A DNA stretch of 64,000 bases, from NCBI GenBank assembly GCA_965242525.1, contig OZ251459.1:2752001-2816000 (forward strand), read 5' to 3'. The DNA is from an uncultured Candidatus Binatia bacterium (GTDB taxonomy: Bacteria; Desulfobacterota; Binatia; UBA9968; JAJDTQ01). Of this stretch, positions 1-10,700 are shown piece by piece (within the stretch, counting starts at the first letter, position 1; each line of letters begins with the position of its first letter). The position numbers and the translations under genes were made by a program. The notes below the pieces were generated by a model that had not been told where the DNA came from, did not search any database, and worked only from the letters and a program-made list of their open reading frames with translations.

Positions 1-1605
1 GTGACCCAGGGACTGCCCCAGCCCCTCCACATCGGCGGCATCTCGGCCCAGGTGGGCGAGGTGATCCGGGTGTTCGGCGGCGCCATGGCGGAGGGCGACG
101 TGTTCATCGCGAACCACCCCTACTTCGCCTGCCAGAACCACGCCACGGACGTGACCGTGGTCTCTCCGGTGTTCGACCGGGGCCGGCTCGTTGCGTTCAT
201 CGCCAACACGGCCCACAAGCCGGACCTCGGCGGCAAGGTGCCGGGCACCAACTCGCCGGACGCCACCGACGTGATCCAGGAAGGGCTGCTGCTCCCGGCC
301 CTGAGGCTCTACCGGGAGGGACGGGTCAACGAGGACCTCAAGACCATCGTGATGGCCAACACCCGGACGCCGGAGACCACCTGGGGCGACGTGCAGGCCC
401 AGGCCCAGACCAACTTCTACGGGCTCGGGAAACTCGCGGAGCTCATGGACCACTACGGCTCCGACCAAGTGACCGCGTGCTGGCTGGAATGGATGGACAT
501 CTGCGAGGCGGAGGTCCGAAAGGCCATCGAGACCATCCCGGACGGGAGCTACGGCCCCTGCGTGGACTTCCTCGACGACGACGGGCTGGACCGGGACCGC
601 TCCTACCGCATCGAGGCGTCCCTGCGTGTGGCCGGCGACGAGATGCGCTTCTCGCTGGACTCCTCGGAGCAGGCCCGGGGCCCTGTCAACCTCCGGCCCT
701 GCGTCATCCGGAACTTCATCGAGTGCATGGTGGTGGCCGTGCTCTGTCCGGACCTGCCGGTCAACCAGGGGGTCTCCCGGCCCATCCACGTCTCCTTTCC
801 GCCCGAGGGGTCCATCCTCAACCCGCGTTATCCCGCGCCGGTGAACATGTACGTCCGTCCCAGCCAGATGGTCACCTCGGTGGTCCAGATGGTGCTGGCC
901 GTGGCCCTGCCCGAGCTCGTGCCCGCCCCGGACAGCGGCGCCGGAGGCTCGGTGTCCATCTCCGGGCAGGACGCCGAGCGCGGACGGTGGTTCTCGCTCT
1001 ACGACCTCAACTGCGGCGGCGCGGGCGCGCGTTCCGACGGCGACGGCCCGAGCGTGGTGAACTCGCTGGTGATCAACGTGATGAACACCCCGGTGGAGCC
1101 GTTGGAGACGGAGTTCCCCATCCGTATCGAGCGCTACGAGCTGTTCGAGGAATCGGGCGGCGCCGGCCGCTTCCGGGGCGGCCTGGGCATGGTCAGGGAC
1201 TGGACCATGCTCGCCGACGAGGCCTACGTGAACCTGCGCAGCGACCGCTTCAAGCACTCGGCTCCGGGCCTGCACGGCGCGCGCCATGCGCTGCCCTCGT
1301 CGGCCTGCCTCAACCCGGGCACGGAGCGGGAGCAGGATCTCCCGTCCAAAGTGAGCCGGCTGCGGTTGGGGAAGGGCGACGTCTTCCGCATCCGGTACGC
1401 CGGCGGGGGCGGCCGCGGGGATCCCTTCGACCGGGATCCGTCACGGGTCCTGGACGACGTCCGGGACGGCTACGTCAGCGCGGAGACCGCGCGGGAGGCT
1501 TACGGCGTTGCGGTGGCCGGACGGCCCCCCGAAGTCGATGAGGCCGAGACCGCTCGGCTGAGGCGCGCCGCCCGGCCCGCGGGCAACGGCCCGGAGCCGG
1601 AGTAG
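1..1605 (+). CDS. Hydantoinase B / 5-oxoprolinase subunit family protein (5' truncated by window edge)
   Basis: Motifs NHPY...HATD, AHKPDLGGKVPG, QEGLLLP, NTPVEPLETEFP, GAGRFRGGLG, GGGGRGDP. Confidence 0.9.
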   Translation: MTQGLPQPLHIGGISAQVGEVIRVFGGAMAEGDVFIANHPYFACQNHATDVTVVSPVFDRGRLVAFIANTAHKPDLGGKVPGTNSPDATDVIQEGLLLPALRLYREGRVNEDLKTIVMANTRTPETTWGDVQAQAQTNFYGLGKLAELMDHYGSDQVTACWLEWMDICEAEVRKAIETIPDGSYGPCVDFLDDDGLDRDRSYRIEASLRVAGDEMRFSLDSSEQARGPVNLRPCVIRNFIECMVVAVLCPDLPVNQGVSRPIHVSFPPEGSILNPRYPAPVNMYVRPSQMVTSVVQMVLAVALPELVPAPDSGAGGSVSISGQDAERGRWFSLYDLNCGGAGARSDGDGPSVVNSLVINVMNTPVEPLETEFPIRIERYELFEESGGAGRFRGGLGMVRDWTMLADEAYVNLRSDRFKHSAPGLHGARHALPSSACLNPGTEREQDLPSKVSRLRLGKGDVFRIRYAGGGGRGDPFDRDPSRVLDDVRDGYVSAETAREAYGVAVAGRPPEVDEAETARLRRAARPAGNGPEPE

Positions 1606-1612
1606 CCTCCCC

Positions 1613-2785
1613 GTGGAAGCGCAAGGCGGCGCGCCGGACGGTTGGGTCCGCAGCTTCCTGTTGACCAGCGGCGCCCGCTTCGGGGTCTTCTTCGCCCTGT
1701 TCCAGATCGAGCCGGTGTTCCCCCTCTACCTGGAGGGGATGGGGGCGAGCTCGTTCATGATCGGGCTGGTCATGGCCGCGTTCCCCTTCGGCGCCACGGT
1801 GGTGCGGCCGCTGGTGGGAGCCTACATCGACCGCCTGGGCAGCAAGGTCTTCCTGGTGGGAGGGCTGGTCATCTTCGTCACCGCGGCCGCGGGCTACGTC
1901 TGGACCGCCTCGGTGCTGGTGGCGCTGTGCCTGCGGACGTACCACGGCTTCGGCTGGTCGGGATGCACCACGTCGGTGGGCACCCTGGTGGCCGACATCG
2001 CCCCCGACCACCGGCGCGGCGCCCTCATCGCCTACTCCGGGGCGGTGAGCACCGTGGCCGGCGCGGTGGCCCCGGCCGCGGCCTTCTGGATGGTGGCGCA
2101 GCATGGTTTCCCGACGCTGTTCCTGTGCGCCGCGGCCGCGGCGGCCCTGGGCCTGGCCGCGGCCGTGTGGATACGCGAGCCGGAGCGGGTCCGCACCGAG
2201 ACCCCGCGGCGGCGCTGGTTCGAGACCTTCATCCTGCCCGAGTCCCTCATGCCCGCGGTGAGCATGGGCCTGCTGGGGGTCTCCCGCGGCAGCATCATCG
2301 CCTTCCTTTCGCTGTACGCCCTGGACGTGGGGCTGGAGAACCCGGGCCACTGGTTCGCCCTGTTCGCGGTGGCGGTGGTGGCCGGCCGCCCCATCTTCGG
2401 TCCCCTGTCCGACAGCAAGGGGCGGCCCTTCGTGATCATCCCCTGCTACCTCCTGGCTCTGGCGGGCATGGTGGTGCTGTCGCTGGCGGCCTCGCCCCCG
2501 ATGCTGCTGGTGTCCGCGGCCATGGTGGGACTCGGTTACGGCTCCGCCCATGCGGCCCTCATGACCATGGCGGTGGACTTGGCGCCGCGCCAACGGTGGG
2601 GCCTGAGCATGGCCCAGTACCACCTGTTCTACGACCTCGCCATCGGCGTGGGCGGGGTGGCGGCCGGCGTCATCCTCGACTTTACCGGCAACGACTATCC
2701 GGCTATGTTCCTCGCCACCACCGTGGTGGGCCTGGGCGGGTTCGTGCTGTTCATGATGCGGTACCGCGCCGCGGTGGCGCGCTGA
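1613..2785 (+). CDS. MFS transporter
   Basis: About 12 hydrophobic segments; motif A-like GAYIDRLGSK and GPLSDSKGR. Confidence 0.9.
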   Translation: MEAQGGAPDGWVRSFLLTSGARFGVFFALFQIEPVFPLYLEGMGASSFMIGLVMAAFPFGATVVRPLVGAYIDRLGSKVFLVGGLVIFVTAAAGYVWTASVLVALCLRTYHGFGWSGCTTSVGTLVADIAPDHRRGALIAYSGAVSTVAGAVAPAAAFWMVAQHGFPTLFLCAAAAAALGLAAAVWIREPERVRTETPRRRWFETFILPESLMPAVSMGLLGVSRGSIIAFLSLYALDVGLENPGHWFALFAVAVVAGRPIFGPLSDSKGRPFVIIPCYLLALAGMVVLSLAASPPMLLVSAAMVGLGYGSAHAALMTMAVDLAPRQRWGLSMAQYHLFYDLAIGVGGVAAGVILDFTGNDYPAMFLATTVVGLGGFVLFMMRYRAAVAR

Positions 2786-2823
2786 GGCGAGCGTCCCCGG
2801 GGCGTGCCCGGAACCGACCGGCA

Positions 2824-4872
2824 ATGAGACTCAGGATCGGCATCGACGTGGGCGGCACCTTCACGGACGTGACGGTCCTGGACGAGGACACGGGCCGTAT
2901 CCGCGAGGTGCGCAAGGTCCCGTCCAATCCCGCAGCCCCGCTGGAAGTGCTCGACGGGGTGCTGGCGGACATGCGCGCCCGGTGGGGTCCGGAGGCCCTC
3001 TCCTACCTGTTGCACGGCTCCACCCACGCCCTCAATACGGTGCTGGAGGAGAAGGGCAGCCGCACGGGTCTCCTCACCACCTGGGGGTTCCGGGACGTAT
3101 ATGAGATCGCACGCCAGTGGAAGGGCGAGGAGGTCTTCAACATCTTCTATCCCGGGGGCAAGCGTTTCGTCCCCCGGCGGCGGGTCGCGGAGGTCCCCGA
3201 GCGGCTCGACAAGTCCGGCCGGGTGCTGACGCCCCTGGACCTGGACCGTGTGGACGAGGCCGTGTCCGGGCTGGTGGAGCAGGGCATCGACGCCCTTGCC
3301 GTCGTGTTCCTGTTCTCCTACGTGAACCCGGTCCACGAGCGGTTGGCGGCCGAGCGCGTCCGCTCGCGCTACCCGGACCTGTTCGTGTCGGCGTCGTCGG
3401 AAGTGAACCCGGTGTGGCGCGAGTACGAGCGCACCGCCACCACGGTGCTGAACGCCTACCTGGGCCCGCGCATGGAACGGTACTTCGCCGGCATGGAGGA
3501 GACCGTGCTGCGCCGCTTCCCCGGGGCGCACCCCTTCCTGATGAAGTCCAACGGCGGCATCGGCGCGCCCCGGGCCATGGCGCGGTTCCCGGTGCAGACC
3601 CTCATGTCCGGTCCCGTGGCGGGGGTGGTGGCGGCCCACGAGCTGGGCGCCCGCGCCGGGGTCTCCCACCTCATCTCCCTGGACGTGGGCGGCACCAGCA
3701 GCGACATGTCGCTGATACCGGGAAAGCAGCTCTTCCGCACCGAATGGCGCATCGGGCGCCATCCCGTGCGCGTGGATTCGGTGGAGGTGGAGAGCCTGGG
3801 GGCGGGCGGCGGCAGCTTGGCCCGGGTGCGCTACGGCAAGGTGCTCCAGGTGGGGCCGCAGAGCGCCGGGGCGGTCCCGGGCCCGGCCTGTTACATGAGG
3901 GGCGGGGACCGGCCCACGTTGACCGACGCCCTGGTGCAACTGCGCCACCTGAACCCCCGGGCGCTGCTGCAAGGCGAGATGGCCATCGACCCGGAGTCGT
4001 CCGCCGCGGCCATCCGGCGCGCGGTGGCGGAGCCCCTGGGCATGTCGGAGGACGAGGCGGCCCTGGGCATCCTGCGCGTCCTGGCGGCCAACGTGGTCTC
4101 CTCCATGCGCACCATCACCATCGAGCGGGGCTTCGACCCCGCGGACTTCACCCTCGCCGCCTTCGGCGGCATGGGACCCACCCTGGCCACCGCGGTGGCC
4201 TCTTCCCTGGGCGTCGGCCGCATCCTGGTCCCCGCGGACCCGGGCAACTTCAGCGCCTTCGGCATGCTGCTGTCCGACCTGCGCTCGGACGCCGTCGCCA
4301 CCCGGGTGGCGGCCCTCACCCCGGATTCCCTGGAGGACGCGGCGACGGCCCTGCGCGGCCTCGAAGAGGAGGTCCGGCGCGAGCTCGCCTCCCAGGGGCC
4401 GTCCCCGGACCGGATACGTGTTGATTGGCTGCTGGACATGCGTTACCGTGAGCAGGCCTACGAGTTGACGGTGCCCATCGCCAAGGACCCCGCCAGGCTC
4501 AACGTGGACGAGATCCGCGACCGGTTCGGCGCGGCCCACGAACGGCGCTACGGCCACCGGGCGGACGACGAGGTGGTGGAGGTGGTCAACTTGCGGGCGT
4601 CCGCATACGCTTCGCTGGGCAAGCCGGAGTCGTCCCGGAGGGCGGCCGGCGGGGAGCCGCGGCCCGCTCCCGAGCGGCGCCGGGTGATCATGCTCGACGG
4701 TGCGCACGATACGCCGGTGTTCCGCCGGGACCACCTGGACCCGGGCGCGGCGTTCCGCGGGCCTGCGGTCATCGAGGAGAAGACTTCCACCACGTTGGTG
4801 GAGCCGGGCTGGGCCGTGCGCGTGGACCGGGAGGGCAACCTGGACCTCACACGGGTCCCGTCCGAAAGGTGA
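2824..4872 (+). CDS. Hydantoinase A / 5-oxoprolinase subunit family protein
   Basis: Start reassigned to ATG 2824 (MRLRIGIDVGGTFTD); REYERTATTVLNAY, SGPVAGV, DVGGTSSD, GPQSAGAVPGPACY. Confidence 0.92.
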   Translation: MRLRIGIDVGGTFTDVTVLDEDTGRIREVRKVPSNPAAPLEVLDGVLADMRARWGPEALSYLLHGSTHALNTVLEEKGSRTGLLTTWGFRDVYEIARQWKGEEVFNIFYPGGKRFVPRRRVAEVPERLDKSGRVLTPLDLDRVDEAVSGLVEQGIDALAVVFLFSYVNPVHERLAAERVRSRYPDLFVSASSEVNPVWREYERTATTVLNAYLGPRMERYFAGMEETVLRRFPGAHPFLMKSNGGIGAPRAMARFPVQTLMSGPVAGVVAAHELGARAGVSHLISLDVGGTSSDMSLIPGKQLFRTEWRIGRHPVRVDSVEVESLGAGGGSLARVRYGKVLQVGPQSAGAVPGPACYMRGGDRPTLTDALVQLRHLNPRALLQGEMAIDPESSAAAIRRAVAEPLGMSEDEAALGILRVLAANVVSSMRTITIERGFDPADFTLAAFGGMGPTLATAVASSLGVGRILVPADPGNFSAFGMLLSDLRSDAVATRVAALTPDSLEDAATALRGLEEEVRRELASQGPSPDRIRVDWLLDMRYREQAYELTVPIAKDPARLNVDEIRDRFGAAHERRYGHRADDEVVEVVNLRASAYASLGKPESSRRAAGGEPRPAPERRRVIMLDGAHDTPVFRRDHLDPGAAFRGPAVIEEKTSTTLVEPGWAVRVDREGNLDLTRVPSER

Positions 4873-4923
4873 CCGGGCAAGCGCTCGAGGAAGACCGGTC
4901 CGAAGCAGACACGGAGGCAACGC

Positions 4924-5889
4924 ATGAAGATCCTGATTACGGGCGGCATGGGGGTGAACGGCGCGGTGACCGCCAGGCGCTTGGTGGCCGCGGGCCAACG
5001 GCCGGTCCTGCTGGACAACCGCATGGACCTGTCGCTGATCTCGGACATCGAGAAGCGCGTGGACCGGGTGGTGGGGGACATCCTGGACCCGGACAGCCTG
5101 GACAAGGTGATCACGGACTTCGGGATCACCCACGTGGCCCACTTGGCGGCGTTGATGCCCGGTCCCGCGGAAGCGGACCCGGCCCTCGGCATCAAGGTCG
5201 GGGTGGACGGGACCCTGAACGTCCTGGAGGCCGCCCGTCACCGGAACCTCCAACGGGTGGTGTTCACCAGCTCCAAGGCGGTGTACGGCGAGATCACCGG
5301 ACGCCACGCCCATCCGGATTACGTGCCGATGGACGAGGACCACCCCCAGGACCCCGCGGACCTGTACGGGACCATCAAGGTGTGCTGCGAGACCCTGGGC
5401 GCGTATTACCGCAAGCGTTACGGCGTGGACTTCGTGGCCCTGCGGTTCGGCTCCATCTACGGCCCGGGCAAGGAGGTGCGCCACGGCGCCCTGTCGCTCT
5501 ACGGCCAGATGATCGAGAACGTCATGTCGGGCAAGGGCTTCTCCATGCCCAGCGGCGGGGACCAGGTCAACGAAGCGCTCTACGTGGGCGACGTGGCCCG
5601 GTCCATCATCCTGGCCCTGGAGGTGAAGGACCCGGCGGAGCGCGTGTTCAACATCGGCACCGGCCAGGGCGTCACGCTCCACGACTTCCAGCGCATACTC
5701 GGCGCGCTCTACCCGGACAGCAGGATCGAGGTCGGCCCGGGCCTGGATTTCCGCATGGGCGAGAAGAAGAGCTACTGCATCTTCGACATCGCCAGGGCCA
5801 GGGAGCACCTGGGCTTCACCCCGGCCTACGACCTGGAGGCCGGCATCAAGGACTACATCGACACCATCGAGCGGCTGCGTCCGCAGTAG
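4924..5889 (+). CDS. NAD-dependent epimerase/dehydratase (extended SDR)
   Basis: ITGGMGVNG Rossmann motif, FTSS, YGTIK (YxxxK), LRFGSIYGPG; GGAGG RBS upstream. Confidence 0.88.
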   Translation: MKILITGGMGVNGAVTARRLVAAGQRPVLLDNRMDLSLISDIEKRVDRVVGDILDPDSLDKVITDFGITHVAHLAALMPGPAEADPALGIKVGVDGTLNVLEAARHRNLQRVVFTSSKAVYGEITGRHAHPDYVPMDEDHPQDPADLYGTIKVCCETLGAYYRKRYGVDFVALRFGSIYGPGKEVRHGALSLYGQMIENVMSGKGFSMPSGGDQVNEALYVGDVARSIILALEVKDPAERVFNIGTGQGVTLHDFQRILGALYPDSRIEVGPGLDFRMGEKKSYCIFDIARAREHLGFTPAYDLEAGIKDYIDTIERLRPQ

Positions 5890-5925
5890 GGGGGCGGGGA
5901 CGGCGCGGTTGCCGGTCTCCGTTCA

Positions 5926-6022
5926 GGAACGTCTGAACAATACCGCCTTGAGTTCCCTCTCCCTCTGGGGAAGGGCCAGGGTGAGAGAATACCCCTCCAT
6001 ATCTCGATCGTTCAGCGTTTCC
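5926..6022. mobile_element. Degenerate MITE family A copy with a CCCTCTCCC...GGGTGAG REP-like core
   Basis: Ends GGAACGTCTGAACAAT / ATCGTTCAGCGTTTCC resemble the TIRs of the 17084 and 63653 copies. Confidence 0.6.
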
Positions 6023-6070
6023 CTTCCGTAGTAGTTGCTCTACGTAGCGGGCAAAGGGAAACTCCTGTCT

Positions 6071-6110
6071 CCGTTCGTCCTGAGCGTAGCGAAGCGGAGT
6101 CGAAGGGCGC
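6071..6110 (+). repeat. REP-like core CCGTTCGTCCTGAGCGTAGCGAAGCGGAGTCGAAGG
   Basis: Near-identical to about 10 other copies in the window. Confidence 0.85.
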
Positions 6111-6481
6111 CGTCCCGTTGCGTTGCCCCCAGCTTGGTGATCCGTCTCCCTAATCAGGTGGCGAGGGGCGAACTCAGATCCGCACCGTCGTCCTTGTATG
6201 CTTCCCAGAATACCTTGGGCCGGTTGACAGCGCCCCAACCGTTTGTCTATACAGTGCAGTTGCAACAGTCGGCGTAGGTATCCGCGTGTCGGGTCACCTG
6301 CCGAATACAAGAGCTTTTTGTGCGTGGCAAGGGGTAGCTCCCCGAGCCCTAGTGAATAAGCAGGACTCTCACTCTACCTACGTGTGACTGTTGCAATGGC
6401 CCGGCAATCCTGCCGGGCTGTGGAACTGATGGCGTAGGATGGGTTCACGGGACGTTTTCCCGTGACGAAAGGAGAGAGGGA

Positions 6482-7594
6482 ATGAAGCGCGGACGAAGAT
6501 GGACGATGGCTTGTGTGCTGGCGGGGTTGATGGTGCTGTCAGTGGGATGTTCCGGGGGCAAGGGCGGTGGTGGCTCAGTGGCGCCGATGTCGGCGCCGGT
6601 GGTGAACCCGACCACTCCAACGCAGAGAAACTATGAGCGGCTGGCACGGACGAATACGGCGGCGCAACCGGGGAGCGCCCGGGCGGCGGCCAATGCCTTG
6701 CCAGAGTTCGGAAGCATCGTGCAGTCCAGCAATAGGGACGCTTCGGGCACAACCACGGACACTGTACGGGTAACCTTTGAAGGCGACAACATGAGGGCGA
6801 TGCTTACTCGACAGGACGGGAGCACCCTGGTGATGGATACCGCGACGGATGCGATTGAAAGCAATCCAGCTTCTCGGTCTTTCGTCGAAGGAATTTCCGC
6901 CAAGGACTGGACACTCATCGATCTCAACGACCGCTATATTGCCGTCGTAGGCCGTGCTTGGGCAACGGCTTCTCCATCCCTATGGGCTGGTTATGGCTAC
7001 TGGCTTCACTTGCCGTCCGGCGGCAGCGCGGAGATGGGCAGCTTCATCGACAGCCCGGATCTTCGGCTGTCTGATCGGCCCACCATGCCGGCCAGCATGA
7101 ACGCAACATATCGGGCAGCGGCTGAGGGTGGTTATGTAAGGGAGTATGGGACATTTGCTCCCCGTGTTCCAGGGAGCACGGAGGTAGGACAGTGGACGGG
7201 GGATCTTGTTTTGAACGCAACGATAGGCGGCGGAACTAACAGGGTCTCCGGTTCGATCGACAACATCCAGAGCACAAGGGCTGTTGGTGCAACGCCATCT
7301 GGAATCGGGTTTGTCGGTGGTTTGACTCCGTACCCTGGCCTCCGTCTTGATCTTGGTTCGGCGCGCATTACTCCACGAGGAACCTTCCGGGCGAATAGTG
7401 TGAGATGGACCGACTCAGGTTCAGCGTATCGGATCACTTCCTCAAGCGGTTCCTGGGGCGGGATGTTCTCGAAGACGGTCGATAGTAGTGGCGTTCCGGT
7501 AGCAGCAGGGGGAACGGTCGGGGGTAGCGTGTCCTATGCCACAGGGGACAATGTCTCCTACATTGGCGCATGGGGCGGATTACGCACTCAGTGA
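6482..7594 (+). CDS. Lipoprotein of unknown function, beta-strand rich (possibly TbpB-like small barrel)
   Basis: Signal peptide with lipobox LSVGC, then Gly/Pro linker; GYGYW and SWGGMFS segments; purine-rich RBS. Confidence 0.7.
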   Translation: MKRGRRWTMACVLAGLMVLSVGCSGGKGGGGSVAPMSAPVVNPTTPTQRNYERLARTNTAAQPGSARAAANALPEFGSIVQSSNRDASGTTTDTVRVTFEGDNMRAMLTRQDGSTLVMDTATDAIESNPASRSFVEGISAKDWTLIDLNDRYIAVVGRAWATASPSLWAGYGYWLHLPSGGSAEMGSFIDSPDLRLSDRPTMPASMNATYRAAAEGGYVREYGTFAPRVPGSTEVGQWTGDLVLNATIGGGTNRVSGSIDNIQSTRAVGATPSGIGFVGGLTPYPGLRLDLGSARITPRGTFRANSVRWTDSGSAYRITSSSGSWGGMFSKTVDSSGVPVAAGGTVGGSVSYATGDNVSYIGAWGGLRTQ

Positions 7595-7604
7595 ATGCTA
7601 TTTT

Positions 7605-7775
7605 TGGCTCTTCCGATTTTTGTGTGGGTAGGGTCTCACTGCCTAGCGTTCCCTCCCCCTCAAGGGGGAGGGAACGGAGTTCTCCGCAATACCGAACCGA
7701 GGACGGCAAAGTCGGAATCAGATCTCGCCGCGTGTATAGGGAGTGTGGCAACCCACACGCAATCCTGAAATGCCC
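7605..7775. mobile_element. MITE family B copy (imperfect 25-bp TIRs)
   Basis: Left TGGCTCTTCCGATTTTTGTGTGGGT (7605-7629), right revcomp GGGCATTTCAGGATTGCGTGTGGGT (7751-7775); internal CCGAGGACGGCA segment shared with the copies at 40161 and 58568. Confidence 0.65.
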
Positions 7776-10700
7776 TATCTTTCTTCCAGAACGATCGGCA
7801 CATCGAATCCCCCTTCGACGCCAATCACGAAATCCAGCGACTTGAGCCCCCGGGCCTGCTTGGCGGCATCCGCACTGAAATCATGTTTCGGCGCGCCTTG
7901 CACGCGCCAAGCTCCAAAGCCTTGGTCAAGCAGAATGGTTATACTCCGGCCATCTCCAAGACGAAGTGCAAAGCTTCGGGCGTGGGGTAATTCCGATTTC
8001 CCGCGGATGTCGATCTGCGCATTCGGCAACAGTGCCTGGAGCACAGCATGGCGCATAGCGTCATCGGCAAAGGTATGGAAAATAGTCCATCCTTGTCGTT
8101 CAGGACTGAATATCCGCGCCGTCGATACGAACAGGTCCGTCTCTTCTGAGCCAGGCATCCTCCGAACTACCTCGAACATAAGTCGCAGAGCAAGAGGCGT
8201 CAGAAGGTAACGATCCGTGTAGGTCAGGGTTTGGATCTTGTATGTGCGGATCGCCGCAACCGTCAATGGGGACTCCTCGGCCAAGAGTTTCCAGAAGGTG
8301 CGACCGAATGAAGCAACTCGACCGTCGAGTCGTATGCCAAGCCGAATCAAGCGCGCATTTCCGCTGGAAAGTTCTACAAGCCGGCTGCTTGCCAAGGTTT
8401 TCGGTGCAGGTAGATCGGGTGAGGGTCCCTGAACTAGTGCTACCTCGGTGCCGCGGCCCCATTGAAGGCCTGGAATTGCATCCTTGTCATCGTGTGCAGC
8501 GATGGCGGTGTTTCCATTCGCGTTCTTGACTACAGCCACTATTGGGAAATCGTTCGCTCTCGGCAGATCAGGGACTTCGCCTAGAGTTGCATGGGTCGCC
8601 AACCGATGCAAATCGAGCCGTTGCGCCAAATCCATCGACCTGTTGACCAAGATGCGACTTTCTATTACGAGTTCAAGCTCTATCCCAGATTCTTTCAGCC
8701 GGGCGAAATGCTCAACGACCGGCCAAGCGGCAAGCTCCCATTCCGATGGGGAACCGTGCAGGTAGAGTCTGACTGCGGCAAGCGTCCCTGTCCATCTTCG
8801 TCGATCAAGCCATTCGATGAGCGGCAGGCCCAGAATAGTTGTATCTGGGCCGAATACTCGCATGGCCTCTGGAAGTTGGAGCCGGTCTCGAAGGGCTTGC
8901 ACGACATCCCTTCCGCCTGGCCGGTCGAGTAGTTCCTTTTCAAAGCTGAGGTCGGGACGCAGAACACAGGCCGGGCAACCATGTGTGCAATCCTCCGGAC
9001 AGGAAAGTCTTTCGAGAGCTTGTTCCAGACAAGCATTGAACCATTCCTGCTCTGACAATCGCAAAACGAGCCCCGCGCCCCCAGATGCACGGTCATAAAG
9101 GAAGGCGGATACCCGGTTCTCGCCACTTGGACCGGCCGAAAGACCAACGGCGACGCCGATCTCACGAGCCTCGGCCCCGAGCCGTCCGGCAAGTGCCTCG
9201 CGCAGTGCGGCGGCAAGCGCGAGTCCCTGATCCCGGCGAGTGCCGTTTGGTAGTTGAAGCTCGAATACATCGGTACGGGAGTCGTGAACGAGGCGAAGAT
9301 TTCGTTGGATCCGTTGCGGCTCGGTGTATCCTCCTGGACAGTAGCCGTGTGCCAATTTCATCTCTCGAGCTTCGGCCAGCGGAAAATGTTTTTGGATCTG
9401 GGATGGAAGTTGGGACCCCGGTCCCTCCTCGGTCTCGGCCTCGGCTCGTCCACAGGAAAGACACAGCGCATAGCCCTTACCCTTGAGTCCCGAGCCGAGT
9501 GTGATTACTTGTCCATCTGGGTCTGCACGTATCCGCCCTGCCTCGGGATCCGGCAATGCCCGCCACGGGGAGCCTGCTGCCGAGAGCCGAGGCATTTCAT
9601 AGATCGCGGGGCCAAGATTCTCGTATCCGGTGTGAGGAGCACGGCGACCAAGGAAACCCGCGGGCCGCAGGCAACGCTTCCAACCCCTTGCCGGTGTGTC
9701 GCATTGCGGGCAGACCGCAGGAACAGCACGCGCCAAGTCGAAGTAGCGGCAAGACGGACACTCCCAGAAGTCTTGCAGGTCTTCCAGGTTCGAGGTATCG
9801 GTCCTTGCTCCCCAAGCGGGGAAGACGCCCTCGGAGCGATGTACGAGACCATCCACTACGATCTCCGCTCCCGGTGCATACTCGCGGATCGCCACGTCGA
9901 GCGTACGGGAGGCACCCCCCCGGTACTCGCCGAAGGCGATTACACCGGCCGCCTCATCACGATGGTGGCCTGAGAGATGATCGAAGGCCACAACATCGAC
10001 CGGAAAGCCGTAGGACGGCGTAAACCCACGCCGGGCGAGTTCCCCCAGAAGAAACTCGCCTTTCATGCGGCGTGCCCGCATCTGAAAAGCCTTCTTCACC
10101 TCTGTCTCTCTTGCCGCTTCACGCCGGGCAAGAAGCTCTGAGTACTCGCTACGCCAGCGGCCCAGAATCCTTTCGAAAGCCTCAGCCGTCTCGGCCACGA
10201 GGTACGCAGAGGCTTTGCCTTCCAGTGCCGTACTGCGCGTCAGATGAGCGAGATTGGCTGCGAGTACATCGTTCCGGCCCCAGTCCCCTCGCAGGGCGTC
10301 CAGAAAATCGTTGGCCACAGATGCTGACGCCACAGGTGTGTCGGCTTCCTCTGTCGCTCCGAAGCAAGCGCCGGCCGACGCCTTCAGGTCAAAGCCGTCA
10401 GGTTGTTCCCGAAGGAACGCGGCGAGCAGCGCGGCATGGACATGACGAGCAACAAGCCGGGCGCTATCGAATCTTACGGCCGGCGCCGTGACAGGCGCTG
10501 AGAGGAGTCGCGTGGGTTTGTCGAAAACAATCTGGTCGAGCGGAAGATCCCGGCAGAACGTAACACCAAAAGTCCAAGGCTCTCTCCGTCGTCCGGCTCG
10601 GCCTGTCCGTTGCCGATAGTTGGACACCGAAGGCGGCACGTTGGCATTGACCACTATTTGGACATTCGGGATGTCCACCCCCATCTCCATCGTGGTAGAG

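Noticed and set aside
6120-6480. Known riboswitch in the lipoprotein leader
   Set aside because: No consensus of a riboswitch class I can recognise; only simple hairpins seen
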